IMG/VR virus record: IMGVR_UViG_3300012667_000671
Coordinates: 1 to 29,949 of that record
Reading direction: 5' to 3' (one strand)
Origin: a virus
Taxonomy: Duplodnaviria > Caudoviricetes
DNA length: 29,949 bases
The notes under the pieces were generated by a model. The model made no database searches and was not told the origin of the DNA. It saw only the letters and a program-made list of their open reading frames with translations. Shown here one piece after another: positions 17,710 to 27,135 of the stretch. The translations under genes were made by a program, and so were the position numbers. Position 1 is the stretch's first letter. Each line of letters begins with the position of its first letter.

Positions 17710-17745
17710 AGTGTAGAACGTGCGCCCAAACTCTGTCTATACCTA
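17710..17745 (-). promoter_or_regulatory. Putative antisense sigma-70 promoter
   Basis: Minus strand TAGGTATAGACA (identical to 263-274 on +), 18 nt, TACACT. Confidence 0.55.
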
Positions 17746-17830
17746 TTTTCACTTTCTCTCAAAATAGTTCAAGAAACTTTACCGCCTGTCATCAAGCGAG
17801 CAACATCATCTACCTTCAAGGAGAATACAA

Positions 17831-18670
17831 ATGTTTGGAAAGCCTACTGGTACACTATCATATGAAGAGGAAGAGGAGCTACGTCGTATTCAAAGCGCCA
17901 AGTCTACTCCCCCGCCTACTCCTACTACAGTTACTGAACCTGAGAGCTTAGCTAGTCGTGTAAGTGCTCTATTACCTACAAGCAATGTACTTACGAAAGG
18001 TGTACTTGGTCTTGTAGATATCGCTGGTAGAAGGATAGCTGAGAAGAAAGCTGGTGCTTCCACTAGTGAGGATGAAGCTAACCTACGAAGACTGAATGAG
18101 CTTAGAAGAATGGAAGAGTTGAATGCGCTTGGTCTTACACAACAGGAGAAGGATGCCTTCTTCTCTAGAGCAGACGCACAACTCTATGGACAAGGACTCG
18201 AAGCTTCCCAGCGTAGAGGCCAAGCATTAGCTACTAGCGGTGTTCGTGGAGGACAAGCATTGGTGGATGCTGCTCTTGTTGATGCTACTCAGATGGGTGC
18301 TCGCCAACAGGCTGAGGCTAGTATCCTTGCTGCTGATGCTAATGCTGCTGCTGCTCAGAGGCAAGAGATAGCCCGTCTATCTAAGCTACAGAATGATAGG
18401 CTCAACCTACAGCAAGAGCTAAGAGGTGAGAACATTGCTAAGACTACTGGTGGTATTATCGACGCCGTAACTTCTACTCTCGATGAACAAGGTACTCTCG
18501 ATAGAGATGAACTGAAGAGACTAATGGAGCGTACTGGCATGGATAAGAAGACTGCTCGTGCTTACCTAAAGGCCAAGAACGCTGAGTATCAAAGAACAAG
18601 ACGTGCTGCTCCTAACGACGAAGATATCGAAGCTCTAGTAGCTGACGGTACCAACAAGGGAGGTAACTAA
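17831..18670 (+). CDS. Putative internal virion/ejection protein 1
   Basis: AAGGAG RBS; Ala/Gln-rich and helical; first of three genes of rising size, as in T7 gp14-16. Confidence 0.62.
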   Translation: MFGKPTGTLSYEEEEELRRIQSAKSTPPPTPTTVTEPESLASRVSALLPTSNVLTKGVLGLVDIAGRRIAEKKAGASTSEDEANLRRLNELRRMEELNALGLTQQEKDAFFSRADAQLYGQGLEASQRRGQALATSGVRGGQALVDAALVDATQMGARQQAEASILAADANAAAAQRQEIARLSKLQNDRLNLQQELRGENIAKTTGGIIDAVTSTLDEQGTLDRDELKRLMERTGMDKKTARAYLKAKNAEYQRTRRAAPNDEDIEALVADGTNKGGN

Positions 18671-18671
18671 T

Positions 18672-20321
18672 ATGGCTACTCGTAGTGACCGGTACCGCAC
18701 ACGGTACTATAAGAGCAGAGGGGAAACCTTTGCTGAGTATATGCTACTAGCCGATAAGCTAGAGGATAGAGAGGAACTGAAGTACAAGGCCCAGCTTAAG
18801 GTCTACGATATAGCTACCAGAGCTTATGCTAAGGAACTGGATAGGCTTAAGAAGCTACGTGATGGTCTGTCTACCAAGCAGATACAAGCCAATGAAGCTT
18901 ATGGTAAGTACATAGCTAACCAGGAGAATGCTAGTGCTCGTTTGGAGTTCACAGCAAGCGAAGCCTTTAGGCGTACAGTCTTTAGTGCGAATGCTTCTAT
19001 GGCTAGAGCCATGATGTTTGCTGGAGTCAGAGGTACATCCGGTGCTCGTAACATAGACCCTACTGTTGGCGATATAGGGAAGAAGGCTGGTGATGATGGT
19101 ACTACTCCTGCTGAGAGTGCTGCCGCTTACAACACACGTTTGGATAGTGCTGTAGCTGCTCCCAAGGATAATAGCAATGCCGATATAGGTTTCTCTATCG
19201 CTATGGATGCACATATCAATAGGTCCCGTCAGCAGTACATAGACCTTGGCTTCGATGAGAAGTCTGCTAATGAAGCTGCCTATGCTGATGTATCTAGTGG
19301 CTTATCTGTAGGTGACCAGGACCGTATGAAGAACGGCTATGCTCTACGTACTGGAGTACCTACTGGAAGTGTTGGCATCATCAAGGATGGAAAGATAGAA
19401 GCTATCCCTCTTGATAGTGCTGGTGCTATCGCTAAGTTCGGTTACGACGTTGCTGACTACACTAAGCTTATAAAGAACGTTGATGATAGAATGTCTAAGC
19501 TGAACAAGCCTGGTGTACCTGATGCTCCTATCCCTGGTGACTTGAAAGAACAACAGAGAGACTTGTACTTCGATGCTATGTTCCCTGATGATGACCCTGC
19601 TTACCAGTTGAACAGAGTAATGCGCGGCCTTCCTTCAATGACTGACGAAGAGCTTATGGCTGATATACAGAGGCTTACTGGTTACTCAGCATCAGGTGTA
19701 ACTGATATGGGAACTGGAAGTGCTGGTAGTGCTAATGGTGAACCGGCTGGTGCAGCTCCTGGTGTAGCTCCTGGTGTAGCTGCTGGTAGTGCTGCTGGTA
19801 GTGCTGATGGTAGTGACAACGGTGCAGTTGCTGGTGCTCCTATGGGAAACGCTGGTACTGATAGTGTAGCGGCTAATGTTCCTACAGGAAGCGGCCCCAC
19901 TATTGCTTCCCTACAAGCCCAAGCATCAGCAGCACAAAGAGAAGCTGTTCGTAAGGAACTAGAAGACGTAGCCGCTCAAAGAGTAACGGATAGTATAGCT
20001 CAGGACAAGGTTCGTAAGAATAATAACGACCTAGCCGTTCTAGAAGAGTCCCCAGCAGATAGAGACACACGCTTGCGTACCGAGGCTGCTCTTGCTGCTA
20101 AGCAGTCTTATGAGAAGGGTCTTGCTGAGAAGAAGAGAAAGACCTCCGTAGGCCAAGAGGTATCAGCATTGTGGGCTGCTAACCGTAACAAGGGTAACGA
20201 GTCTCTTGCAGAACAACTAGATAACATAGCTAGAACGTACAAAGGTGATGAACAGAAGTTAGCCGCCGAAGTACTGTATGGTCTAGAATACGAGGAGAAG
20301 CGCAGCACCCGTATGGGATAA
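18672..20321 (+). CDS. Putative internal virion/ejection protein 2
   Basis: GGAGG RBS; coiled coils and a low-complexity G/A/S/P linker. Confidence 0.62.
   Translation: MATRSDRYRTRYYKSRGETFAEYMLLADKLEDREELKYKAQLKVYDIATRAYAKELDRLKKLRDGLSTKQIQANEAYGKYIANQENASARLEFTASEAFRRTVFSANASMARAMMFAGVRGTSGARNIDPTVGDIGKKAGDDGTTPAESAAAYNTRLDSAVAAPKDNSNADIGFSIAMDAHINRSRQQYIDLGFDEKSANEAAYADVSSGLSVGDQDRMKNGYALRTGVPTGSVGIIKDGKIEAIPLDSAGAIAKFGYDVADYTKLIKNVDDRMSKLNKPGVPDAPIPGDLKEQQRDLYFDAMFPDDDPAYQLNRVMRGLPSMTDEELMADIQRLTGYSASGVTDMGTGSAGSANGEPAGAAPGVAPGVAAGSAAGSADGSDNGAVAGAPMGNAGTDSVAANVPTGSGPTIASLQAQASAAQREAVRKELEDVAAQRVTDSIAQDKVRKNNNDLAVLEESPADRDTRLRTEAALAAKQSYEKGLAEKKRKTSVGQEVSALWAANRNKGNESLAEQLDNIARTYKGDEQKLAAEVLYGLEYEEKRSTRMG
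19712..19860 (+). repeat. Low-complexity coding repeats (APGV, AGSA)
   Basis: GCTCCTGGTGTA twice and several GCTGGTAGTGCT. Confidence 0.7.
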
Positions 20322-20342
20322 CCTATAAGTAGTAAGTTCGAT

Positions 20343-20373
20343 AAGGGGATGGGCTTAACGGCCCATCCCCTTT
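20343..20373 (+). terminator. Intrinsic terminator-like hairpin
   Basis: AAGGGGATGGGC-TTAACG-GCCCATCCCCTT then T. Confidence 0.7.
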
Positions 20374-20426
20374 ACTCTATGCTAGACACTGAACGTAGTA
20401 GTAGCATCATTTAACAGGAGCATATC

Positions 20427-23400
20427 ATGGCTAAACTAACTGAACAACAAAGGGCAGCAGTCATCAGCAGAGGTCTTAAGCCAGCAGCGATAGAAGCTAT
20501 ATCTGACCAAGCAGCAGTAGACAGACTGTTCCCTCCTACCAGCACAGCTACACCAGTAGCTACAGCAGCCTCAGAGGCCCCTACAGTCGTTCCTGCTAGC
20601 GAAAGAATACCAGCGCCTAGGCTTGAACCTGCAAAGGCTCCTAGAGCCTCTCAGGCTACCACAGTGGTGCCACCTGTAGTAGTCCCACCTGTAGTTAGAA
20701 CAGCACCTGTAGTCCCGACTACGGTAGGCGCATTACCATCCAGTACAGCCACACGCTTGCCTATCACTACACAGTCTGACTTGGATAGGGCGAGGATAGA
20801 GATGGAGAGGTCACGCTCACAAGGTCCAGTTCTATCTATAGCTTCCGACAGAGAACAGGAAGCTCAGGACTTGGGTAAGGCTATTGCTGAGACTAAGTTC
20901 ACTCGTGGTGGTAGTCCAGACCCGATAACTGCTCTTCCCTCTGTAGTGGATGATACATTCATTGGTGGTGTTATTGATGGTATGTTCCCTGAGGGAACTG
21001 CTCGTAGGGAGATAGGAAAGGCTCTTCTTCCAAGAGAGTTAGCTACAGCAGGTGAAAAGAATGCCGCCGCTCTATTTGATAGAAGTGCTACTGGCAAAGC
21101 AGACACAGCCTTAAGAGAAGAGTGGAGTAAGCCTATCTATGATAGTGTCAGAGAAGAGAGACTCGCTAAGCTTGATGAACAGAAAGGCAACAACCCATTC
21201 GTTATCGCCTACAAGCAAGAGTACCTAGACCATCTCTCTAAGAACCAACCCCCAGAGACATTTACTCCTAGCCTCACGGATAAGAAACTATCCACGGTTA
21301 AGAGCTATGGCTTACGGGCTCTTGAAAGAGCCATGTCTACTCAGAGCATGGGAGGAGCTACTATAGAGAACCCACTTGCCTATGTAGGTAGGCTATCTTC
21401 TGCTCCTGTATCTGCTGGTGTTGGTGTAGTCGAAGGTATAACTTCTGATACTCCTGTTGTAGACGCTGTAGCTACTAGAGTAACTGAAGGTCTTGGTATG
21501 ACTGGTGCTGGTCTATCTATTGCTGAGGCTTCTTCTGATGCTGCTGGGCTAAGTAAGGATGACCCCTACAGAGAGCTGAACGCATACATCGGTGGTGGTG
21601 CAGGCTTGGTTGCTGACCTGCTCCTTCCTATCGTGCCTGGTGTTGGTACTGTAACCAAGAGCATTAAAACAGCAGCCGCCGCTGCTGTGGCTGAGCGTGC
21701 TCTTGGTGCTAAGACTGCTTCTGTTGCTGCTACTGCTATCAAGAAAGGAACCCTTGCTGGTATAAGAGAAGGCGTTCCATTTGCTCCAAGACTCATAGCT
21801 GCTGAGAAGGCTGATGATATTGTCGGCTCCGCTCTAGGTAGATACGCTGATAGTCCTGTGAATAGAGAGAACACCTTAGAGCTTATAGAGTTGTCTGAGG
21901 AGCTATCTGCTAAGGGTGTGTTGCGAGATATGAAGGATGCTACTATCCCTGAGAGGAGAGCACTCATAGAGCAAGCCTATAACAGTAAGCCACGCAACAA
22001 GACATTCGCTCAGTTCGAGAAGGATATCGCACGTACCTTTGATGCCGATGCTCTATTTAGCCCTGACTTCCATAGAGGTTTATCTATGGATGCACCTACC
22101 ATATTCACGAGAGCTACTATTGATGAGAGCTTGTCTGTAGTTAACAGAGACAGGATAGCAGCCGGGGCTGCTGTCACAAGTGATGAGCTTATGTCGGATG
22201 CTCTTCGTTTCATTGAAGAGAGTGGCGGTACTACTGTAGGCTTGAAGGCTAAGAATGCTCCTGCTTACACTAGAGATGTGCTGAACCAAGCTGCACTTAT
22301 TCGTTTCGGAGTAGACCCTTCCACTGTAAGGAACGGCCGCCTATCTTCTCTGCGTGCTATAACCAACATGGATGCTGCTGCTAAGAGCACTATCGCTAGA
22401 CACTACCTCCTGAACTACGGCAACAAGAAGCTTACCAATGTATTCTTCCCTACAAGCACGCCAGCCCCCAAGGCTGGCTCTACCGCAACGACAGGTGTAG
22501 GCAAGGTCATCGAGGATATAGCTGATAAGGCAACGCTAGTAGTGAGAGAGAGCACAGCATTGTCTGAGGCATTCCCTAACTATGTACGTCTTACCAAGAG
22601 TAGCTTCATCCCTGAGGTAGCTGTTGAGGGTGTAGTAAGAAGGTTCGCCGCTTCTCCTATTGGTGAGCTTAGAGACTTGGTAGTTGCTGCTCGTGCTGAA
22701 GGTAGCCTAGATGTTATGGTACCAGAAGCTCTTGTGGATGGCATCCTAGATATGGTGGCCCCTACTTCTCTAAGAGGCAGAGTTACTCCAGGAGTAGGTA
22801 GAGCTAATAGGATGAACAAGAGACAGGTTGTGAATGAGCTTACTCGCATATTCAGCCAGACTGATGATGGTAAGTACCTGCTCGATGTAGCAGGGTATAA
22901 CCTCTTGGCTGAGAAAGCTATGGACAGCCTATCTTCTAACGTGCCAGGGTACAAGAGCATCTTCGATGTAGACCAGGATATCAGGCGTCTAGCTGGTAGC
23001 TCTGTAGCTAAGGAGGCTTACATCAACAAGGTGCTTACTCCTAAAGCTCTGAACCGTTCTTTCATTGAGAGAGGACTAGTAGAGGGTGCCCGTAAGATAG
23101 GAGGGGACTGGCTTGCCTCTTCTAAGCAACCACTACTTTCCTCTGAGTTCTCTGAGGCTATTGGTAACAAGCTCTCTGCTATCCCTGAAGACTTCAAGAC
23201 TGTATACCGTTCTAACAGAGCTACTCTGGATGCTCCTGATGCTTGGGCTAAGACAGTTGTTGATAACTATGTGCGTCACCTTGATGCTGACACTAGCTTG
23301 ATGCAAGTAGAAGATGCCACCAAACTCATTACAGCTAACCATGCTCAGATGTTCGATGACTACATCTCTATGCTCTATGGTGGGTATGAGTCTATGGTAG

Positions 23401-26400
23401 ATGCTGTGAACACTACTGGTAAGACCAAGCTACTTACAGATATGCCTGTGCTTGTTAGTGAGATGAAGCAGCTTACCTTCTTACTTAGCCATCATCCAGA
23501 TATGATACCATTCAAGTCTGCTTTCATAGAGAAGGCTAGTAGAGGAGATATGGCTGGCGCATTGTTAGAGCTAAGGAACGCCCATGCTATTCTACAGGGA
23601 AGGCAACTAAACTTCTGGTTTACTAACAAGGCTGCTGTCTCTAGTATGTACGATGCGGCATTAGAAACTCAGCGCATCTACAACACAAGGATACTAACCA
23701 GACCACTAGAGCTAAGCGGTACTGTAGAAAGCAGAGGTCTTGTAGAGATAGCCGACTACTCTAAGGACTGGGCTCCTATGTTCCTTGCAGATGACCATGT
23801 AGACTTACTCTCTGCTCAGTACCTATCTCGCAGACAGAGTGCTGTTGTCGCTGAAACCTATAACGAATGGGCCAGCTTGTATCCTTCTCTGATGCCTACG
23901 TCAGAAGCCATAGCTGTTAACGTGAAGAGCTTCGACTACCTATCAAGAGGACTCAGGAGACAGGACACGTACTTCCAAGGAGCAGTACGTTCCTACGAAG
24001 GTATAGGTAACAGAAGGCCAGTAGTAGGGAAGGTAGATGCTAACGGTGCAAGTATCGAGCCTGCTATCAGAGCCAATGACCCATCCTCGGAGTTCAATGC
24101 TAAGGTTGATGTAGATATCGACGGCACCATCTATTCCCTTCAAAGAGGAGAAGCTTCCACCTATCTAGCCTCTACTCTATACAATGACACTATGAACGCT
24201 ATGGATATGAACAAAGCATACATGGCTATCATACAAGATAAGATGGCTTCTCTTGCTTCACCAGAGTCACTGTCTAATGCTTATAGTAAGTACATGCTCG
24301 AAGTCAAGAAGGCTGTTATTGATAACGCTATGACTAGAGCGTTTGGTGTATTAGAAGGCGAAGTAGAAGTAGCTACTGCTGTTGAGAGACTAGCAACTAA
24401 GGATAGTGCCCAGGCTCTTAGGAACTCAGGACTATTCCACTGGAGCGTTGACCCTACTAGCATAAACTCTGCTACTGATACCTACAAGCTATCTGCTGAG
24501 GGCCTAGCTGAGCTTAGGGAGTATGTTGATGGCTTGTACGACTATATGTTCATTAGCTCTTTCGGTAAGGAAAGAGCGGGTATGTTTGCTGGTGCTGACG
24601 CCTATGCTCGTACCGTAGCTCCTCAGCTTACAAGAGAAGGTGGCCGTGCTTTCGCGGATACTCTTATTGCCTCCATAGAGAATGGTCTTACAGCTAACTC
24701 TCGGGTACTCACACAAGGACCACTCGAACAAGCTAGCAACATCCCTCTTACTCTTGGAAGCAAAGATGTAGTCTCCAAGGCTATGCTACAGCGTGGAGGC
24801 ATAGAGCAGTTCACAGAGTCTATGGAGAGAATGAAGGTGACTGGTAGAGGTATACGCCTCTCAGACCCCACCATTGCCCCTACAATGGACGCGGCTATAA
24901 GAGAAGGACTGGCTGCCACCAAGAGCCTCAGAGAAGCCTCTGGAGGCAAGGGAGCGCGTCTGGCAAAGGTTATAAGTGAGTTCACTGGAACACCATCCAC
25001 CTTCTTTGAGGGAGGGCTTACTTCATTCGCTAAGGGCTCTGTACTTGGAGGTAACATACTCCCCAACATTAAGTACCTCACTACTAACTTCATGACTGCT
25101 CCAGCTATCATCTATGGTACTGTAGGTGGTGGCTATCTAGGAGGTGCAATGAAGGGCCTCACTCTAATGGACAGTGGTGTGAACAATACCATGCGTGCTA
25201 TCGTTGGTAGCGAGAACTTCTTTGGTGGACTAACCGATGTGTCTACTCTAAGAGGTAGTGGTCTTGTAGATGAAGTCGTGGTAGTTACATCTCCTAACGG
25301 CAAGGTCTATACCAACTATGACTTAGCCGCTCTAGTCTCTGAAGGTTCTATTGCTAGAGGCCAGGCATCTGCTGAGCTTACAACTGCTGTTATCCAAGAC
25401 CTTTCTTCATGGGCTAACCTGAACAAGAGCAAGACTCTTACTCCTGGAGCTACTGGCTACTCTACTATCAAGAATGAGGGGCTTGGTGCTTTGATGAAGG
25501 ACTTGCTTGGAATGAAGAATGGCCGTGGCATGAACGTCTATCAGGAGCTTGGTAACATGAGCGATACCATGTTCCGTGTTGGTGTCTTGAAGAAGGCCCT
25601 TAGTGAAGGAATGGAAGAGTCACAAGCTCTTGCTATAGCTAGAGAGTCCCTGTTCGACTACAACAAGCTATCGACTATAGAGCGCAATGTTATCAGCAAG
25701 GTGTTCTGGTTCTGGAACTTCAGAAGAAACAGTTACCGGAATGTCCTGAAGACATTCCTCACTAACCCTACTAGGTTCAAGAATGCCTTTGTAGCTAACG
25801 GCTTCATGGAGAATATGGACAGGGAAAGCAACTTCGCTACTCAGGACTATGTAGAGTACAGGCCATTTATTCACCTCATGGAGAACAAAGAGAACAACAC
25901 CCGCTATTCTCTGTTCGGACCAGCAACACCTCAGCTACAAGGTACCGCAGAGCTATTAGACTTCCTCTCGTTTGTCGTGCCTCTCCTCAATGATAAGAAG
26001 TCTGTAACTGAAGCCCTCACTACTTCGCCCCTCTCTACCGTAGCAGAGATGGCTTCTCCTGGTATACAGACAGGTATAGGTTTGTATCTCGGAGTAGATA
26101 CCCGTAGAGATGGCAAGGACATAGGCTACTACCTAGACCCACGTTTGATGTGGTACCTACAACAGAACCCAGCAGCCTGGGAAGTATTCCAGTCATATGT
26201 AAGAGTAGAAGCAGTTTCTGTTGAAGACAGAAACCCAGCACAGGGGAGCTTCCAAGGAGAACAGTGGCGTATCCAGAAAGGAGACAAGGACAGTGTTCGT
26301 AACTGGTTTGCTATCCAGCAGTTGCTTATCTATGTAGGCATACAGCGTAACCTTAGAGAGTACGCTCCGTTGTTCGCTGAGGTATCAGGACAGGATGATA

Positions 26401-26564
26401 ACGCTGCTGTGAACATGGGTGCTGGTAGTGCTACACAAGCTGCGGGTACGTTCCTAGGTGTTGTTACACCAGTGACAATGCCTACACAAGAGGAGCGTAT
26501 TGAGCTAAACCGTAGGGTTCTCAATGAGCAGTTCAGAAGCAGGACATTCAAGCAGGACCAGTAA
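20427..26564 (+). CDS. Large internal virion/DNA-ejection protein (2045 aa)
   Basis: AGGAG RBS; hydrophobic GGGAGLVADLLLP segment; C-terminal ALAIARESLFDYNKLS..FWFWNF resembles large ejection/polyvalent proteins. Confidence 0.72.
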   Translation: MAKLTEQQRAAVISRGLKPAAIEAISDQAAVDRLFPPTSTATPVATAASEAPTVVPASERIPAPRLEPAKAPRASQATTVVPPVVVPPVVRTAPVVPTTVGALPSSTATRLPITTQSDLDRARIEMERSRSQGPVLSIASDREQEAQDLGKAIAETKFTRGGSPDPITALPSVVDDTFIGGVIDGMFPEGTARREIGKALLPRELATAGEKNAAALFDRSATGKADTALREEWSKPIYDSVREERLAKLDEQKGNNPFVIAYKQEYLDHLSKNQPPETFTPSLTDKKLSTVKSYGLRALERAMSTQSMGGATIENPLAYVGRLSSAPVSAGVGVVEGITSDTPVVDAVATRVTEGLGMTGAGLSIAEASSDAAGLSKDDPYRELNAYIGGGAGLVADLLLPIVPGVGTVTKSIKTAAAAAVAERALGAKTASVAATAIKKGTLAGIREGVPFAPRLIAAEKADDIVGSALGRYADSPVNRENTLELIELSEELSAKGVLRDMKDATIPERRALIEQAYNSKPRNKTFAQFEKDIARTFDADALFSPDFHRGLSMDAPTIFTRATIDESLSVVNRDRIAAGAAVTSDELMSDALRFIEESGGTTVGLKAKNAPAYTRDVLNQAALIRFGVDPSTVRNGRLSSLRAITNMDAAAKSTIARHYLLNYGNKKLTNVFFPTSTPAPKAGSTATTGVGKVIEDIADKATLVVRESTALSEAFPNYVRLTKSSFIPEVAVEGVVRRFAASPIGELRDLVVAARAEGSLDVMVPEALVDGILDMVAPTSLRGRVTPGVGRANRMNKRQVVNELTRIFSQTDDGKYLLDVAGYNLLAEKAMDSLSSNVPGYKSIFDVDQDIRRLAGSSVAKEAYINKVLTPKALNRSFIERGLVEGARKIGGDWLASSKQPLLSSEFSEAIGNKLSAIPEDFKTVYRSNRATLDAPDAWAKTVVDNYVRHLDADTSLMQVEDATKLITANHAQMFDDYISMLYGGYESMVDAVNTTGKTKLLTDMPVLVSEMKQLTFLLSHHPDMIPFKSAFIEKASRGDMAGALLELRNAHAILQGRQLNFWFTNKAAVSSMYDAALETQRIYNTRILTRPLELSGTVESRGLVEIADYSKDWAPMFLADDHVDLLSAQYLSRRQSAVVAETYNEWASLYPSLMPTSEAIAVNVKSFDYLSRGLRRQDTYFQGAVRSYEGIGNRRPVVGKVDANGASIEPAIRANDPSSEFNAKVDVDIDGTIYSLQRGEASTYLASTLYNDTMNAMDMNKAYMAIIQDKMASLASPESLSNAYSKYMLEVKKAVIDNAMTRAFGVLEGEVEVATAVERLATKDSAQALRNSGLFHWSVDPTSINSATDTYKLSAEGLAELREYVDGLYDYMFISSFGKERAGMFAGADAYARTVAPQLTREGGRAFADTLIASIENGLTANSRVLTQGPLEQASNIPLTLGSKDVVSKAMLQRGGIEQFTESMERMKVTGRGIRLSDPTIAPTMDAAIREGLAATKSLREASGGKGARLAKVISEFTGTPSTFFEGGLTSFAKGSVLGGNILPNIKYLTTNFMTAPAIIYGTVGGGYLGGAMKGLTLMDSGVNNTMRAIVGSENFFGGLTDVSTLRGSGLVDEVVVVTSPNGKVYTNYDLAALVSEGSIARGQASAELTTAVIQDLSSWANLNKSKTLTPGATGYSTIKNEGLGALMKDLLGMKNGRGMNVYQELGNMSDTMFRVGVLKKALSEGMEESQALAIARESLFDYNKLSTIERNVISKVFWFWNFRRNSYRNVLKTFLTNPTRFKNAFVANGFMENMDRESNFATQDYVEYRPFIHLMENKENNTRYSLFGPATPQLQGTAELLDFLSFVVPLLNDKKSVTEALTTSPLSTVAEMASPGIQTGIGLYLGVDTRRDGKDIGYYLDPRLMWYLQQNPAAWEVFQSYVRVEAVSVEDRNPAQGSFQGEQWRIQKGDKDSVRNWFAIQQLLIYVGIQRNLREYAPLFAEVSGQDDNAAVNMGAGSATQAAGTFLGVVTPVTMPTQEERIELNRRVLNEQFRSRTFKQDQ

Positions 26565-26591
26565 CCTTACGAACTCCCAACTATTCAGGAG

Positions 26592-26622
26592 GGCTAGGTA
26601 GAGGAATACACAAAGGCTTTCA
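26592..26622 (-). promoter_or_regulatory. Recurrent motif, antisense copy G
   Basis: Minus strand TGAAAGCCTTTGTGTATTCCTCTACCTAGCC. Confidence 0.45.
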
Positions 26623-26640
26623 CAGGCATAGTGCCTAATA

Positions 26641-26671
26641 TAGAAGCGCCACCATTCTTCCCTACTTAGCC
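26641..26671 (+). promoter_or_regulatory. Recurrent intergenic motif, copy F
   Basis: TAGAAGCGCCACCATTCTTCCCTACTTAGCC; upstream GTGCCT..TA is also shared with copy A. Confidence 0.65.
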
Positions 26672-26711
26672 CTCCTCTTACAACCATGTAGTAGTGGTAA
26701 GGAGTTGTATA

Positions 26712-27125
26712 ATGGCAAAGGTTGGTTCGTTCTATGTTTCTGCAACTGAAGAGACTGATACTCTATGTAATGACGCTTTCGATAGCGGTAACAGCATACC
26801 AGTTGACCTTATGAAGAATGCTACTGTCCCTCAGGACAGGGTAACTTTGGGTGCCTTGTATATGAGCGTGGATGATATTGCTGGTGGAGTAACGGCTATT
26901 ACTGTCCGCATCTGTGCAGATGGTGATGGAGACGTTGTGCTTGTAGGAGATACGACTGCTTCTATCTCTACGGGCATCACTACAGCAACTGTTGGCGGTG
27001 TCACTATCAAGCTTGATATCCCCATCCACCTCCTCAATAGTAACACAGTCTATGTCTTCTGGAAGACAAACATCGTTGCCTCGACCTGCCAAGTACGTAG
27101 CGTAACCATCGTATGCGTAGAGTAA
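26712..27125 (+). CDS. Small beta-rich putative virion protein
   Basis: Start moved to ATG 26712 (TAAGGAG RBS); Thr/Val/Ile-rich. Confidence 0.65.
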   Translation: MAKVGSFYVSATEETDTLCNDAFDSGNSIPVDLMKNATVPQDRVTLGALYMSVDDIAGGVTAITVRICADGDGDVVLVGDTTASISTGITTATVGGVTIKLDIPIHLLNSNTVYVFWKTNIVASTCQVRSVTIVCVE

Positions 27126-27135
27126 GGAGTACACC

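Noticed and set aside
17528-17951. ORFs 17528..17752, 17665..17865 and 17694..17951
   Set aside because: No RBS, atypical composition, and they cross promoter, terminator or real gene boundaries.
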